A stretch of DNA of 64,000 nucleotides from the sequence record NZ_CP028351.1; one strand, given 5' to 3'. A program made the translations under genes and the position numbers. The notes below the pieces were generated by a model. It saw only the letters and a list, made by a program, of their open reading frames with translations, did not search any database and had not been told where the DNA came from. This document shows, piece by piece, positions 1-9,465 of this stretch (positions are counted from its first letter, which is position 1; every line of letters starts with the position of its first letter). The stretch is from a plasmid.

Positions 1-375
1 AGCCAGAGCTGTACCATGACAGCACTGCGGGAGAATTACAGCCAGCTTATTGATAAGCCTGCCGACGATGTCAGTGGTAAAGATGTCTTTGACGCATACG
101 ATCGTAATGAAGACGCCGCGCAGCAGGTGGTAAATAAATTTTATGCGGATCTTGCGGCCTGCTTATATAACCTGTTCAGCGTGTTCGACCCGCAGAGGGT
201 ATTTATTGGCGGGGGAATTACTGAGCGCGAACCCTTCCTCAAGGAATTGGGAGAGCAGCTGGCAAAATATGATCCTGATATCCGCATAGATGCCGCAACC
301 TACGGTAACGACTCCGGCATGCTGGGCGCAACCTGGAATTACCTGCAGCGCCAGCCTGCGGGCAATAAGACCTGA
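1..375 (+). CDS. ROK-family sugar kinase/regulator, C-terminal fragment (5' end lies outside the window)
   Basis: The reading frame is open from base 1. The C-terminal sequence FIGGGITEREPFLKEL...DSGMLGATW is typical of the ROK (NagC/XylR/glucokinase) fold. The N-terminus is missing. Confidence 0.6.
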   Translation, partial: SQSCTMTALRENYSQLIDKPADDVSGKDVFDAYDRNEDAAQQVVNKFYADLAACLYNLFSVFDPQRVFIGGGITEREPFLKELGEQLAKYDPDIRIDAATYGNDSGMLGATWNYLQRQPAGNKT

Positions 376-429
376 GAGCTTTACTTTCCCTGAAGTGAAA
401 AATTGCCATCAGGTCTTATCCGCAGAGGC

Positions 430-1392
430 TTAATGCTGGATGTTAGCCAGATCGTCTGAGGAAAGACCTGTCATTTCCATGATGGTTTTACGTTCAAGGC
501 CGCGCTGTAACATAACGCGAGCGATTTCCAGAGTGGCTTCGCGCTTACCTTCACTGCGGCCTTTCTCCATTCCACGCTGTTCGCCCAGCTCAATACCTTC
601 AGCGCGGCCTTTTTCTATACCTTTTGCGATACCTTTTTGCTCAAGCTGCTGTGCAATAGTCATCAGTGCATCTCCGTGTTGCGGCACCCGCTGTGCCAGT
701 TCGCGAACGAAAGCTTCGTGATCAGCTGATTCACCTGCCTGCATTAAATAGTGTATCAGCGCCAATACCTGGGGTGAAGAAAGATAATCGGCCATCAGTA
801 AGGTACTCAGACGGTCAATGATCGAAGCCATATCACGTTGATGAATATGCTTCTGCATCAGTGTCAGTGCGGCCATGCTACGGTGCTTCATGATTTCGTC
901 ATCAGGAATAACCGTGACGTCCACCAGCGGAAAAGCACTTCCATAGAGTTGTTCTGCCACAGCCGGATCATCAAATTCGTCGAACCAGCGGGTCGAATAA
1001 GGATAGGGCGAGCGCTTACCGGTGTAGAACAATACAGGTATCACCAGAGGCAGCTTTTTATGACCCGCTGCAAGATGCTGTTGCATAGCGGCAATCGCAT
1101 AACGCATCAGACGAAACGCCATATGCCTGTCCGGTGTAGATTGATGTTCAATCAGAACGTGTATGTAGCCGTCCCCGGCTGAGGTTTTAAGACTGTACAG
1201 AACATCACTAAAATATTGCCGCAAATCGTCTTCGACAAAGGAGCCGGATTCAAGCTTAAGTGTGCCGAGATCGCAGATTTTACGCAGTTCTTCAGGAAGA
1301 TGCAGCTGCATAAAATCTCTGGCAACATCCGGATTTGCCAGAAACTGTCGGAATGTCGCGTCATGGGGAACAGGGCTTTTTTTCTTTCTCAT
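430..1392 (-). CDS. Rpn-family recombination-promoting nuclease / putative transposase (YhgA-like, PD-(D/E)XK)
   Basis: The start is chosen at MRKKKSPVPHDATFRQFLANPDVARDF, the canonical Rpn/YhgA N-terminus. The ORF track begins 13 codons earlier. The C-terminus has the degenerate repeated GIEKGRAEG...EKGRSEG tail typical of RpnA-E. Confidence 0.75.
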   Translation of the reverse strand: MRKKKSPVPHDATFRQFLANPDVARDFMQLHLPEELRKICDLGTLKLESGSFVEDDLRQYFSDVLYSLKTSAGDGYIHVLIEHQSTPDRHMAFRLMRYAIAAMQQHLAAGHKKLPLVIPVLFYTGKRSPYPYSTRWFDEFDDPAVAEQLYGSAFPLVDVTVIPDDEIMKHRSMAALTLMQKHIHQRDMASIIDRLSTLLMADYLSSPQVLALIHYLMQAGESADHEAFVRELAQRVPQHGDALMTIAQQLEQKGIAKGIEKGRAEGIELGEQRGMEKGRSEGKREATLEIARVMLQRGLERKTIMEMTGLSSDDLANIQH

Positions 1393-1907
1393 CGGTTTAC
1401 TTTCTATAAGGTTCACATACTGACAGCTCAAGGAAAAGTGGTTTATCCAGGCCGGACGGCAATATTATCGTTGTGTTATCTGTGAATTAAAATGGCCTAC
1501 GCCCATGATGAATTAACTGAAATTCTTAAAAGTAAAACCAATGCATTAAAAATAAGCCACCCCTTAATATAAAAAATAAATATCGTTACAAATCAGCAGG
1601 ATGAGCACTGATGAACTGAAAAAAACCATGATTCCCCACATCCACCAACAAGATTAAAACCGGAATAAATAAGAGATAATGAATTATAAAAAAACGATCA
1701 TTGCCTGAATCACCTGTTTTTTTCAGCATGATTTACCAATGATAAAACGGCTCAGTTTAAATTTATAAACCACGCCTGTTAATTAGCAGCATTACATTCA
1801 CTAGCAAGGTATTTCTATTTCCTGCCAGCCGCTATATCAGCATTGATTTATTCGGTAACAGAATGACTTAATAACTGTAAGCGCTGCAGTGAATATTATT
1901 CATGTCC

Positions 1908-2030
1908 TTATCCCCGTATCGGCGCATCAAACAGACTCAGCGCCACGATGAGAAGGGCATAAACCAGCAGATAGAACAGAATCAGCGCAGCCAGCAACCG
2001 TCGATGGCTACGCATCTCACTTTTCTTCAT
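1908..2030 (-). CDS. Possible 40-aa hydrophobic peptide immediately downstream of mipA
   Basis: Translated by hand: MKKSEMRSHRRLLAALILFYLLVYALLIVALSLFDAPIRG with stop TAA. It has one predicted TM helix and starts 8 nt after the mipA stop on the same strand. It is too short for the ORF track. Confidence 0.25.
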   Translation of the reverse strand: MKKSEMRSHRRLLAALILFYLLVYALLIVALSLFDAPIRG

Positions 2031-2038
2031 GGTGCCAT

Positions 2039-2830
2039 TCAGAAGGTGTAGCTCAATGCCAGCGTGGCCGAGGCACCATTGTGCCGGGCGACGATGGGGC
2101 TATCTGAAGCATGTTTATCCAGCCAGGTGTAATCGCCGATCACGCTGGCAGCCCAGGCGGGCGTGAACTGGTGACTCCATGTCAGGCTGGTGTCTGTGCC
2201 ATAAAATCCACCCGCGGCGTTATAGCGTTTAAACCCGCTACGAGCACTCTGCTCGCTGCTCACGCCATACCAGGTGTTCATATAACGCGCATCGCCAGAC
2301 AGACCTGCCACCTGCAGTACCACCGTATCGTCCTGGGTCTGCCAGGGGATCAGGGTTACAGACGTCCGGTACTGCACGCCCTGACTGTCACTTAATGGCA
2401 GCGTCGCTTTCCCCTCAACCACAAACCACGGGGTAACCGACCAGCCCACCGCCAGCGCGGTGTTAACCGTTGCGTCGATATTCCCCATGCCTCTGAGCCG
2501 GTCATCACCGTCGCGCCACGATGAGTTACGGTCAGAGCGGCCCAGCCCATAGCCCAGCGTATGTTCCAGATACAGCCCGTTATCCGCCTGCAGGTCATAA
2601 CCAATGCCTTTTTGCGAGTCGAAAAAGAATGCTCCGTCGCGCGCCTGAATAACCGGCATCAGCTGCCAGTGCTGCTTATCTGCGCCGCTGTAGCGTGGGG
2701 CATTAATGCCCGCAATGCCCAGCGTCAGGCTGGGCGGTGGCGTGGCACTCTCATCAGCCATAGCAGTAGCGGCACTCAACCCCAGCGAAAAACAGACCAT
2801 GTGAAGCGTTATTTTTCCGGTTATCATCAC
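2039..2830 (-). CDS. mipA: MipA/OmpV family outer-membrane protein (MltA-interacting protein)
   Basis: N-terminal signal peptide (MMITGKITLHMVCFSLGLSAATAMA). The residue composition suggests a beta-barrel, and the C-terminus ends LALSYTF with a terminal aromatic residue typical of OMPs. The family assignment is from established knowledge. Confidence 0.75.
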   Translation of the reverse strand: MMITGKITLHMVCFSLGLSAATAMADESATPPPSLTLGIAGINAPRYSGADKQHWQLMPVIQARDGAFFFDSQKGIGYDLQADNGLYLEHTLGYGLGRSDRNSSWRDGDDRLRGMGNIDATVNTALAVGWSVTPWFVVEGKATLPLSDSQGVQYRTSVTLIPWQTQDDTVVLQVAGLSGDARYMNTWYGVSSEQSARSGFKRYNAAGGFYGTDTSLTWSHQFTPAWAASVIGDYTWLDKHASDSPIVARHNGASATLALSYTF

Positions 2831-2956
2831 GTTTCCTCATTATCACATCAGGTGCGGAGCTGAGGGATTCAGTGCCGCGTCACTGTCCGGAGTATGCGAG
2901 GCGAGTGTCAATGAACGACCAGGGATTTATGAAGAAACAGTCAAGGTGATCCGAAA

Positions 2957-3652
2957 ATGCAGTCAAAACGTGTACTGATTATTGAAGATGACGCAGATGC
3001 GGCGGGTGTACTTGAGGCCTACCTGAAACGTGAAAACTATGAGGTCATGATTGCCGGTGACGGACCCGGCGGGCTGGAAACCGCAGGACGCTGGCAACCC
3101 GATCTGATCCTGCTGGATATCATGTTGCCTGGCATGAATGGCACCGAAGTGCTGGCCGCGCTGCGTCGGCGTGACGATACCCCGGTAATCATGGTGACGG
3201 CGATGGGTGACGCGCCGGACCGCATCGGCGCGCTACGTTATGGTGCTGATGACTACGTGGTCAAACCCTACCATCCGGGCGAAGTCGTGGCGCGCGTTCA
3301 GGCCGTGCTGCGCCGCAGCCAGAGTCACGCGCCCGCCGCAGAATCGCTGCGCTGGGCGGGTCTGGTGGTTGATCCCCTGGCACTTACCGCCGTGGTTGAT
3401 AGTGACAGTGATGCACCGCGCCGCCTGGATCTGACGCCTACCGAATTTTCTCTGCTGGTCACGCTGATGCGTGCCCCGACGCGGCCTTTTACCCGCCTGT
3501 TTCTGCTGGAGCACTGTCTGCCGGAAAGCGATGCTCTGGAGCGTGTAGTCGATACCCACGTCTATAACCTGCGCCGTAAACTGGAGGCTGCAGGCATCTC
3601 TGACGTCTTACCGGCAGTACGCAGCGTCGGTTACCGGTTCAGACAGCCATGA
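2957..3652 (+). CDS. OmpR/PhoB-family response regulator
   Basis: Receiver domain (LIIEDDAD...D...LLDIMLPGMNG...K) followed by a winged-helix output (TPTEFSLLVTLM...VYNLRRKL). Its stop overlaps the kinase start (ATGA). Confidence 0.9.
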   Translation: MQSKRVLIIEDDADAAGVLEAYLKRENYEVMIAGDGPGGLETAGRWQPDLILLDIMLPGMNGTEVLAALRRRDDTPVIMVTAMGDAPDRIGALRYGADDYVVKPYHPGEVVARVQAVLRRSQSHAPAAESLRWAGLVVDPLALTAVVDSDSDAPRRLDLTPTEFSLLVTLMRAPTRPFTRLFLLEHCLPESDALERVVDTHVYNLRRKLEAAGISDVLPAVRSVGYRFRQP

Positions 3653-4818
3653 AGAACAATACGCATACCTCACTGTGGCGCTGGATCTGCATCCGGGTGC
3701 TGTTTCTGGCTATCGGCAGCGTGATCCTCATCGCCGCCTGTATGTGGTTGCGCTTTGCGGTGCAGGCGTTCTGGGTCTACCACCGGATGCCGCCCACGCT
3801 GCTCGATGAGTTCACGCAGCTGCGCCATCATCCCGCCAGCGATCCGGCACGCTTTCATCAGATTGTCGATCAGTGGTGGGGGATCAAATTTTCCGATCCT
3901 TCGCTGGCATCCTCTGACTGGCTGACCGTGCTGGTCCTGGTAGTGGTCACCATCCCGTTTATGGTGATGATGGCGCTGCGTTTCGCCCGTCCGCTGTCGG
4001 CGCAGTTCAGCCAACTGGCGACGGCGGCGCGTGCGGTGTCGAAAGGGGAATTTGGCCGGACGGCGGCGGTAGTGAAAGAAGCCCCACAGGAGCTGGTGCG
4101 CTTTACCGACGATTTTAACCAGATGACACAACAGCTGGCGCGCTACGATCGTGAGTTGCGCACCTCGCATGTGGCGATGGCACACGAACTCCGCTCACCA
4201 TTGACAGCAGCGATGGGCCGCCTGCAGGGCATTCTGGACGGCGTCTTCCCTGCCGAGCCGCAGCAGCTGGCGATGATCATGAAGCAACTGACGCAGCTCA
4301 GCCGCCTGACCGATGAACTGCATCTGCTGTCACTGGCAGACGCCGGGCAGCTTACCCTCAACCGCGAGCGATTTAATCTCTCTGAGTTACTGCGCGAGCG
4401 TTCAGGCTGGCTGCTGCCACAGGCAGAAGAGTCGGGGGTCGTCATCAGCGTAATGGCACCCGGCGATCTGCTGCTCTGCGCCGATACCTTTCGCCTGGGT
4501 CAGGTCATAACCATCATCTGTGAAAATGCGCTGCGCTACGCCGCCGATGGTGGCGCATTGTTGATCACCGCCAACCAGAACGATAAGGCGACCACGCTGA
4601 CTTTCCGTGATTACGGTCAGGGCGTAGAGCAAGACTTCCTGCCGCAACTGTTTGACCGCTTTACCCGGGCTGACTCCTCACGCGCCCGCCACTCCGGCGG
4701 CAGCGGGCTGGGGCTGTCGATCGCCAAAGTGATTATCGAGGCGCACGGCGGATCGCTGCACGCCACCCTGCCTGCCGAGGGTGGTCTGCTGATTGGGATA
4801 ACGTTACCGGCGGGATAA
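3649..4818 (+). CDS. Sensor histidine kinase (two TM helices, HAMP, HisKA, HATPase_c)
   Basis: Two hydrophobic helices flank a periplasmic loop of about 70 aa. The phosphorylatable-His box is AHELRSPLTAAMGRLQ, and G-boxes occur near the C-terminus (DYGQGV, GGSGLGLSIAK). It is translationally coupled to the regulator. Confidence 0.85.
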   Translation: MKNNTHTSLWRWICIRVLFLAIGSVILIAACMWLRFAVQAFWVYHRMPPTLLDEFTQLRHHPASDPARFHQIVDQWWGIKFSDPSLASSDWLTVLVLVVVTIPFMVMMALRFARPLSAQFSQLATAARAVSKGEFGRTAAVVKEAPQELVRFTDDFNQMTQQLARYDRELRTSHVAMAHELRSPLTAAMGRLQGILDGVFPAEPQQLAMIMKQLTQLSRLTDELHLLSLADAGQLTLNRERFNLSELLRERSGWLLPQAEESGVVISVMAPGDLLLCADTFRLGQVITIICENALRYAADGGALLITANQNDKATTLTFRDYGQGVEQDFLPQLFDRFTRADSSRARHSGGSGLGLSIAKVIIEAHGGSLHATLPAEGGLLIGITLPAG

Positions 4819-4910
4819 ATTTACTGACTTGACCATTTCTTGATGGTTCATGGAACGTTTCTGGACACAGGCCGGGTTCAATGAGCACAACTCATTAAAG
4901 GAACCCGGTT

Positions 4911-6044
4911 ATGACAGACTTCTTATCGGATGCTGCCCGCCAGGTGTGGCGTCATCTCTTCAGTGTACATATTTTCGCGCCGATCGTGTTCGTGCTGCTC
5001 GGCGTATTCATCATGACCGGCTGCCGCGACAACAATGCTGCCCCGCCAGCCGCCCCACTCCGCCCGGTCAAAACGGTGATTGCCCCGCCGCTCAGCAGCA
5101 ACGCGTCACGCGTGCTGACCGGTGAAATTCGCGCCCATGAAGAGGTTGCACTGGCCTTCAGGCTGGATGGTCGGGTGGTGAGCCGCGCGGTTGAGCTGGG
5201 CGATCGCGTCACCGCCGGGCAACCCCTGGCCGCGCTGGAAAACGATCAGTCACGTAATCAGCTGAGCAGCGCGCAAGCCGATCTCGACAGCGCCCGCGCC
5301 GCCGAACGCGTCGCTGCGCTTAACCTCCATCGGATGCGGCTGCTGATGCCCGGCGGAGCCATCGCCCGCAGCCAGCTGGACAGTGCCGAGGGAGACTGGC
5401 AGAGCGCGCAGTCCCGCCGTCTCAGCAGCGAAGCAGCACTGAAAAATGCCCAGGATAATCTCAGCTGGACCCGGCTCACTGCGCCCGCCGCAGGCCGGAT
5501 TACCGCCCTCCCGGTTCAGCCCGGCCAGGTGGTCAGCGCCGGACAGACTGTGATGACGCTGGCAGCCGGTGATGCACGCGATGCGGTGTTTGATCTGACA
5601 ACGCCTGCTTTGCTGCGAGCTGACGACCAGACTCCGCTGAAGGTGACGCTGCTCGCCGACCCGGACATCCAGGCCAGTGGCACGATACGTGACATCAGCC
5701 CACAGGCCGATTCACAGACCCGTACCTGGCGGCTGCGCATCTCAATGCATCAGCCACCCGAGGCGATGGCACTGGGTGCCACCGTCACCGTCACGCTTCC
5801 CGATCCGCAACCGCCGGTTATCGCCCTGCCCGCCAGCGCCCTGACCCGGTTTGCAGACAAGCCCGCGCTGCTGGTGGTTGATGCGGCATCACGCTTACAG
5901 CTTCGTCCGGTGGTGCTGGCCCGCTTCAGCGCACAGCAAATCTTTGTCTCTGCCGGGATCCGGCCAGGCGAGCGCGTGGTTACCGCCGGTGTCGGCACCC
6001 TGCAGCCCGGTGAAAAAGTGACACTGGCGCAGGAGGGCTCATGA
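4911..6044 (+). CDS. RND efflux periplasmic adaptor (membrane-fusion protein), lipoprotein
   Basis: The lipobox-like LLGVFIMTGC sits near the N-terminus. The coiled-coil and beta-barrel adaptor signature is present. The stop overlaps the downstream permease start. An RBS AAGGA lies upstream. Confidence 0.85.
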   Translation: MTDFLSDAARQVWRHLFSVHIFAPIVFVLLGVFIMTGCRDNNAAPPAAPLRPVKTVIAPPLSSNASRVLTGEIRAHEEVALAFRLDGRVVSRAVELGDRVTAGQPLAALENDQSRNQLSSAQADLDSARAAERVAALNLHRMRLLMPGGAIARSQLDSAEGDWQSAQSRRLSSEAALKNAQDNLSWTRLTAPAAGRITALPVQPGQVVSAGQTVMTLAAGDARDAVFDLTTPALLRADDQTPLKVTLLADPDIQASGTIRDISPQADSQTRTWRLRISMHQPPEAMALGATVTVTLPDPQPPVIALPASALTRFADKPALLVVDAASRLQLRPVVLARFSAQQIFVSAGIRPGERVVTAGVGTLQPGEKVTLAQEGS

Positions 6045-9000
6045 AAAAAATGACTGGCTTTAACCTTTCCGGCTGGGCGCTGGCGCATCAGCAGCTGGTC
6101 ATCTTTTTCATGCTGCTGGTAATGGCGGCGGGTGTGCTGAGTTATGAACGCCTGTCACGTAATGAAGACCCGGCGTTCACCATCAAGACCGCCGTGATCT
6201 CTGCCCGGTGGCCCGGAGCTGACGTAAACACCACCGTACAACTGCTGACGGACGTGCTGGAACAGAAGGTGCAGGAAATCCCGTCGCTGGATGCGGTTGA
6301 GAGCGAGACCCGCGCCGGAGAGACGGTCATTTATGTCAACCTGCGCGATGACACGCCACCTTCTGAGGTGGCCGGTATCTGGTATCAGCTGCGGAAAAAA
6401 ATGCATGATGTGACGTCTTCCCTGCCGCAGGGCGTGCAGGGTCCGGCGGTTAACGACGAGTTTGATGATACCTTCGGCACAATTTACGGCTTCACGGCGG
6501 ATGGCTTTACCGCCAGAGAGCTGCGCGATCGGGTTGATAACCTGCGCCGCAGCCTGGCCAGTCTGCCCGACATTGGTAAAACCAGTCTGCTGGGCGTGCA
6601 GGAGCAGCAGGTGGTTATTGCCTTTTCCCCACGCAAGCTGAACGGCATGGGGCTCGATTTACAGCAGGTCAGCGACGCCATCAAAGCGCAGAACGATGTG
6701 GTGCCCGCTGGCAGCCTGCGCACCGACCGCGAAAATATCGCGCTGCGGGTGAGCGGTACGCTGACCTCGGTCGAAAGCCTGCAGGCGATTACCCTGCATA
6801 TCGGGGAGCGTTTCATCCCACTGACCGATCTGGCGACCATCAGCCTGCAATCTGCTGAACCGCCGGTACCCACCTTTCGGATTAACGGCGTGCCGGCTAT
6901 CGGGCTGGCAATCTCCATGGCCGCCAGCGGCAACATGCTCAATTTCGGTAAACAGCTTAACCAGCGCATGCAGACACTGGCCGGTCAGCTACCGCACGGT
7001 ATCACCATGACTCGCGTGGCCGATCAGTCTTCCGTGGTGAAACAAGCGGTCAGCGGCTTTGTGCGGATACTGGGCGAAGCGGTTGTCATCGTGTTAGCCG
7101 TCTCCTTTGTTACGCTGGGATTGCGTGCCGGTCTGGTGGTGGCGGCGGCTATTCCGCTGGTACTGGCGATGACCTTTACCGGCATGTTGCTGGCGGGCAT
7201 CGGACTGCAGCGCATCTCACTGGGCGCGCTGATTATTGCGCTCGGGCTGCTGGTGGATGACGCCATGATCACCGTCGAGGCGATGGTGGCACGGCTCGAA
7301 GCGGGCGACAGTAAGTGGCAGGCCGCGACGTATGCATTCAGAACCACCGCCTTTCCGATGCTGACCGGCACGCTGGTGATGATCGCCGGGTTCATCCCGG
7401 TCGGATTCGCCGCCTCCAGTGCCGGGGAGTATTGCTACTCGCTGTTTGTGGTGATTACGCTGGCGCTGCTCTGCTCATGGGTGGTTGCGGTCATCTTCTC
7501 GCCGCTCACCGGCTGCTGGCTGCTGTCAGCGAAGCGCATCAAAGCCCACCAGTCGCCGGGCTTACTGACGCGCGGCTATCATGGGCTGCTGGAGGTCATT
7601 CTGCGCCACCGGCTGATGACGATTGGCGCAGCGCTGACGGTGCTGCTGGTCAGCCTGTACGCCACCACCTTTATGCAGGGTGAATTTTTCCCGGCGTCAG
7701 ACCGCCCTGAACTGCTGGTCAGCCTGACGCTGCCCGCCAGTACTTCCCAGGCGGAAACCACGCGCCGTACCGCACAGCTGGAACAGATGCTGCGCAACGA
7801 TCGGGATGTGGCGAACTTCACCAGTTACGTCGGCTCTGGCGCAATACGCTTCTATCTGCCGATGGATGTATTGCTGGATAATGAAAACATCGCACAGCTG
7901 GTGGTGGTGGCGAAGAATCTGGCGGTACGCGATCGGCTGCGCAGCAGGCTGGAGAAGAAACTGGCCGCGGATTTCAGTGATATCACGACGCGGGTCTCGC
8001 CGCTGGAGCTGGGTCCGCCGGTGGGCTGGCCGCTGAAATATCGTATCACCGGCCCGGACAATGGCCGGGTGCGGCAGGCTGCCGGTGAGCTGGCAGCGCT
8101 GATCGCCCGCTCTCCACTGACCCGCGAGGTGAATCTCACCGCCGGGGAGCCGGAACGGGTCATGACGCTGGCCGTAAACCAGACCGCCGCCCGTGCCGCC
8201 GGACTGTCGTCCGACACCATCGCCTCTGCGCTGAACACCCTGATGTCCGGCAGCGTGGTGACCACTCTGCGCGATCGCAACCGGCTGATTGACGTGGTGC
8301 TACGCAGTAATGACGCCGAGCGGCAGAACACGGAGACGCTGGAAGGATTGATGATCACCAATGCCAGCGGACAGAAAATTCCGCTGCGCCAGGTAGCGAC
8401 CCTGAACTGGGGTGTGGATGATCCGGTGATCTGGCGCCGTCAGCGGCTCTCTTACATCACCGTACAGACCGATATCGCACCCGGTCAACGGGCTGAAAAG
8501 GTCTCGCAACAGCTCGCACCTGATGTCGCCGCCCTGCGCGCCTCACTGCCTGCCGGATACGGTATTGAAGAAGGTGGCGTAGTGGCGGAATCGGACAAAG
8601 GCAATGGTTCGGTGTTTGCTCTGCTGCCGGTGACGATCTGCGCCATGCTGGTCCTGCTGATGATTCAGCTGCAACGCTTCTTCGGTATGCTGCTGGCGCT
8701 GAGCATGGCCCCGTTTGGCCTGCCCGGCATCGTCTCCGCGATGCTGCCGGCAGGCACACCGCTGGGGTTTGTGGCGCTGCTGGGGATTATTGCGCTGGCG
8801 GGGATCATCATCCGCAACGCGGTGATTATGATCAGTGAAGTGGATGCGTACAGCCGCGCCGGACTGCCTGCTGGTGACGCTATACGGCAGGCCGCCCATC
8901 ACCGGGCGCGTCCCATCCTGCTGACCGCCTGTGCCGCGATACTTGGCATGATCCCTATCGCCCATCAGGTGTTCTGGGGGCCGATGGCACTGGCGATTAT

Positions 9001-9085
9001 TGGTGGTCTGGTCAGCGGCACGCTGGTGACGCTCACGGTGCTGCCCGCCGCGTTAAGTCTGCTGATGCAGCGACGTTCAGGTTAA
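6041..9085 (+). CDS. RND efflux permease (AcrB/AcrD/MdtB-like, 1014 aa)
   Basis: Twelve-TM RND architecture with two large periplasmic loops and a length of 1014 aa. It is coupled to the adaptor gene. No outer-membrane channel gene is adjacent. Confidence 0.9.
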   Translation: MKKMTGFNLSGWALAHQQLVIFFMLLVMAAGVLSYERLSRNEDPAFTIKTAVISARWPGADVNTTVQLLTDVLEQKVQEIPSLDAVESETRAGETVIYVNLRDDTPPSEVAGIWYQLRKKMHDVTSSLPQGVQGPAVNDEFDDTFGTIYGFTADGFTARELRDRVDNLRRSLASLPDIGKTSLLGVQEQQVVIAFSPRKLNGMGLDLQQVSDAIKAQNDVVPAGSLRTDRENIALRVSGTLTSVESLQAITLHIGERFIPLTDLATISLQSAEPPVPTFRINGVPAIGLAISMAASGNMLNFGKQLNQRMQTLAGQLPHGITMTRVADQSSVVKQAVSGFVRILGEAVVIVLAVSFVTLGLRAGLVVAAAIPLVLAMTFTGMLLAGIGLQRISLGALIIALGLLVDDAMITVEAMVARLEAGDSKWQAATYAFRTTAFPMLTGTLVMIAGFIPVGFAASSAGEYCYSLFVVITLALLCSWVVAVIFSPLTGCWLLSAKRIKAHQSPGLLTRGYHGLLEVILRHRLMTIGAALTVLLVSLYATTFMQGEFFPASDRPELLVSLTLPASTSQAETTRRTAQLEQMLRNDRDVANFTSYVGSGAIRFYLPMDVLLDNENIAQLVVVAKNLAVRDRLRSRLEKKLAADFSDITTRVSPLELGPPVGWPLKYRITGPDNGRVRQAAGELAALIARSPLTREVNLTAGEPERVMTLAVNQTAARAAGLSSDTIASALNTLMSGSVVTTLRDRNRLIDVVLRSNDAERQNTETLEGLMITNASGQKIPLRQVATLNWGVDDPVIWRRQRLSYITVQTDIAPGQRAEKVSQQLAPDVAALRASLPAGYGIEEGGVVAESDKGNGSVFALLPVTICAMLVLLMIQLQRFFGMLLALSMAPFGLPGIVSAMLPAGTPLGFVALLGIIALAGIIIRNAVIMISEVDAYSRAGLPAGDAIRQAAHHRARPILLTACAAILGMIPIAHQVFWGPMALAIIGGLVSGTLVTLTVLPAALSLLMQRRSG

Positions 9086-9104
9086 AGCAGTTCGTATTAA
9101 AACG

Positions 9105-9141
9105 CCCGGCGATCCCATGCTGAGAACAGCGGGATCGCCGG
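9105..9141 (-). terminator. Rho-independent terminator oriented for the minus strand
   Basis: An 11-bp perfect stem CCGGCGATCCC/GGGATCGCCGG with a 14-nt loop. On the minus-strand RNA the hairpin is followed by GCGUUUUAAU. On the plus strand there is no U-tract. Confidence 0.5.
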
Positions 9142-9147
9142 ATGCGT

Positions 9148-9393
9148 TCAGTTCATCACCTCGACCAGAATCAACGGGCACTTTCTGACTTTGCAGGCCT
9201 GACTGTAGGCCAGCGAGCAGACCGAACAGAGGTCGCGCACGTCAGACTGGTACTCATACTCCATGAAATAGCGGAACTGGCCGCCCGCCGAATCTGTTCT
9301 CCAGAATCGCTGCGGCTCCAGAATTTCATCCAGTTGCCTGAATGTCAGGGCTGACGGGTTGTGATACCCGACTCTTACGCGGTATGTAGTCAT
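9148..9393 (-). CDS. Hypothetical 81-aa Cys-rich protein (CSVCS...CKVRKC)
   Basis: The ORF is followed 7 nt after its stop by the minus-oriented terminator. It has a CxxC...CxxxxC cysteine pattern. No family is recognised and the SD is weak. Confidence 0.35.
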   Translation of the reverse strand: MTTYRVRVGYHNPSALTFRQLDEILEPQRFWRTDSAGGQFRYFMEYEYQSDVRDLCSVCSLAYSQACKVRKCPLILVEVMN

Positions 9394-9465
9394 GCACCGA
9401 TTATTGGCATCCCGGCCCCGCCGCCGCCAGTTGGTTATTGTTTTCAGTACAATAGCTGGCGCTTA

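Noticed and set aside
430-1392. Calling the Rpn gene an IS transposase / mobile element
   Set aside because: No terminal inverted repeats or target duplications are visible. Rpn/YhgA proteins are nuclease-type recombination promoters rather than autonomous IS transposases.
6484-8965. Several 100-170-aa minus-strand ORFs inside the RND permease
   Set aside because: They are antisense within a well-supported 1014-aa gene and are GC-rich frame artefacts.
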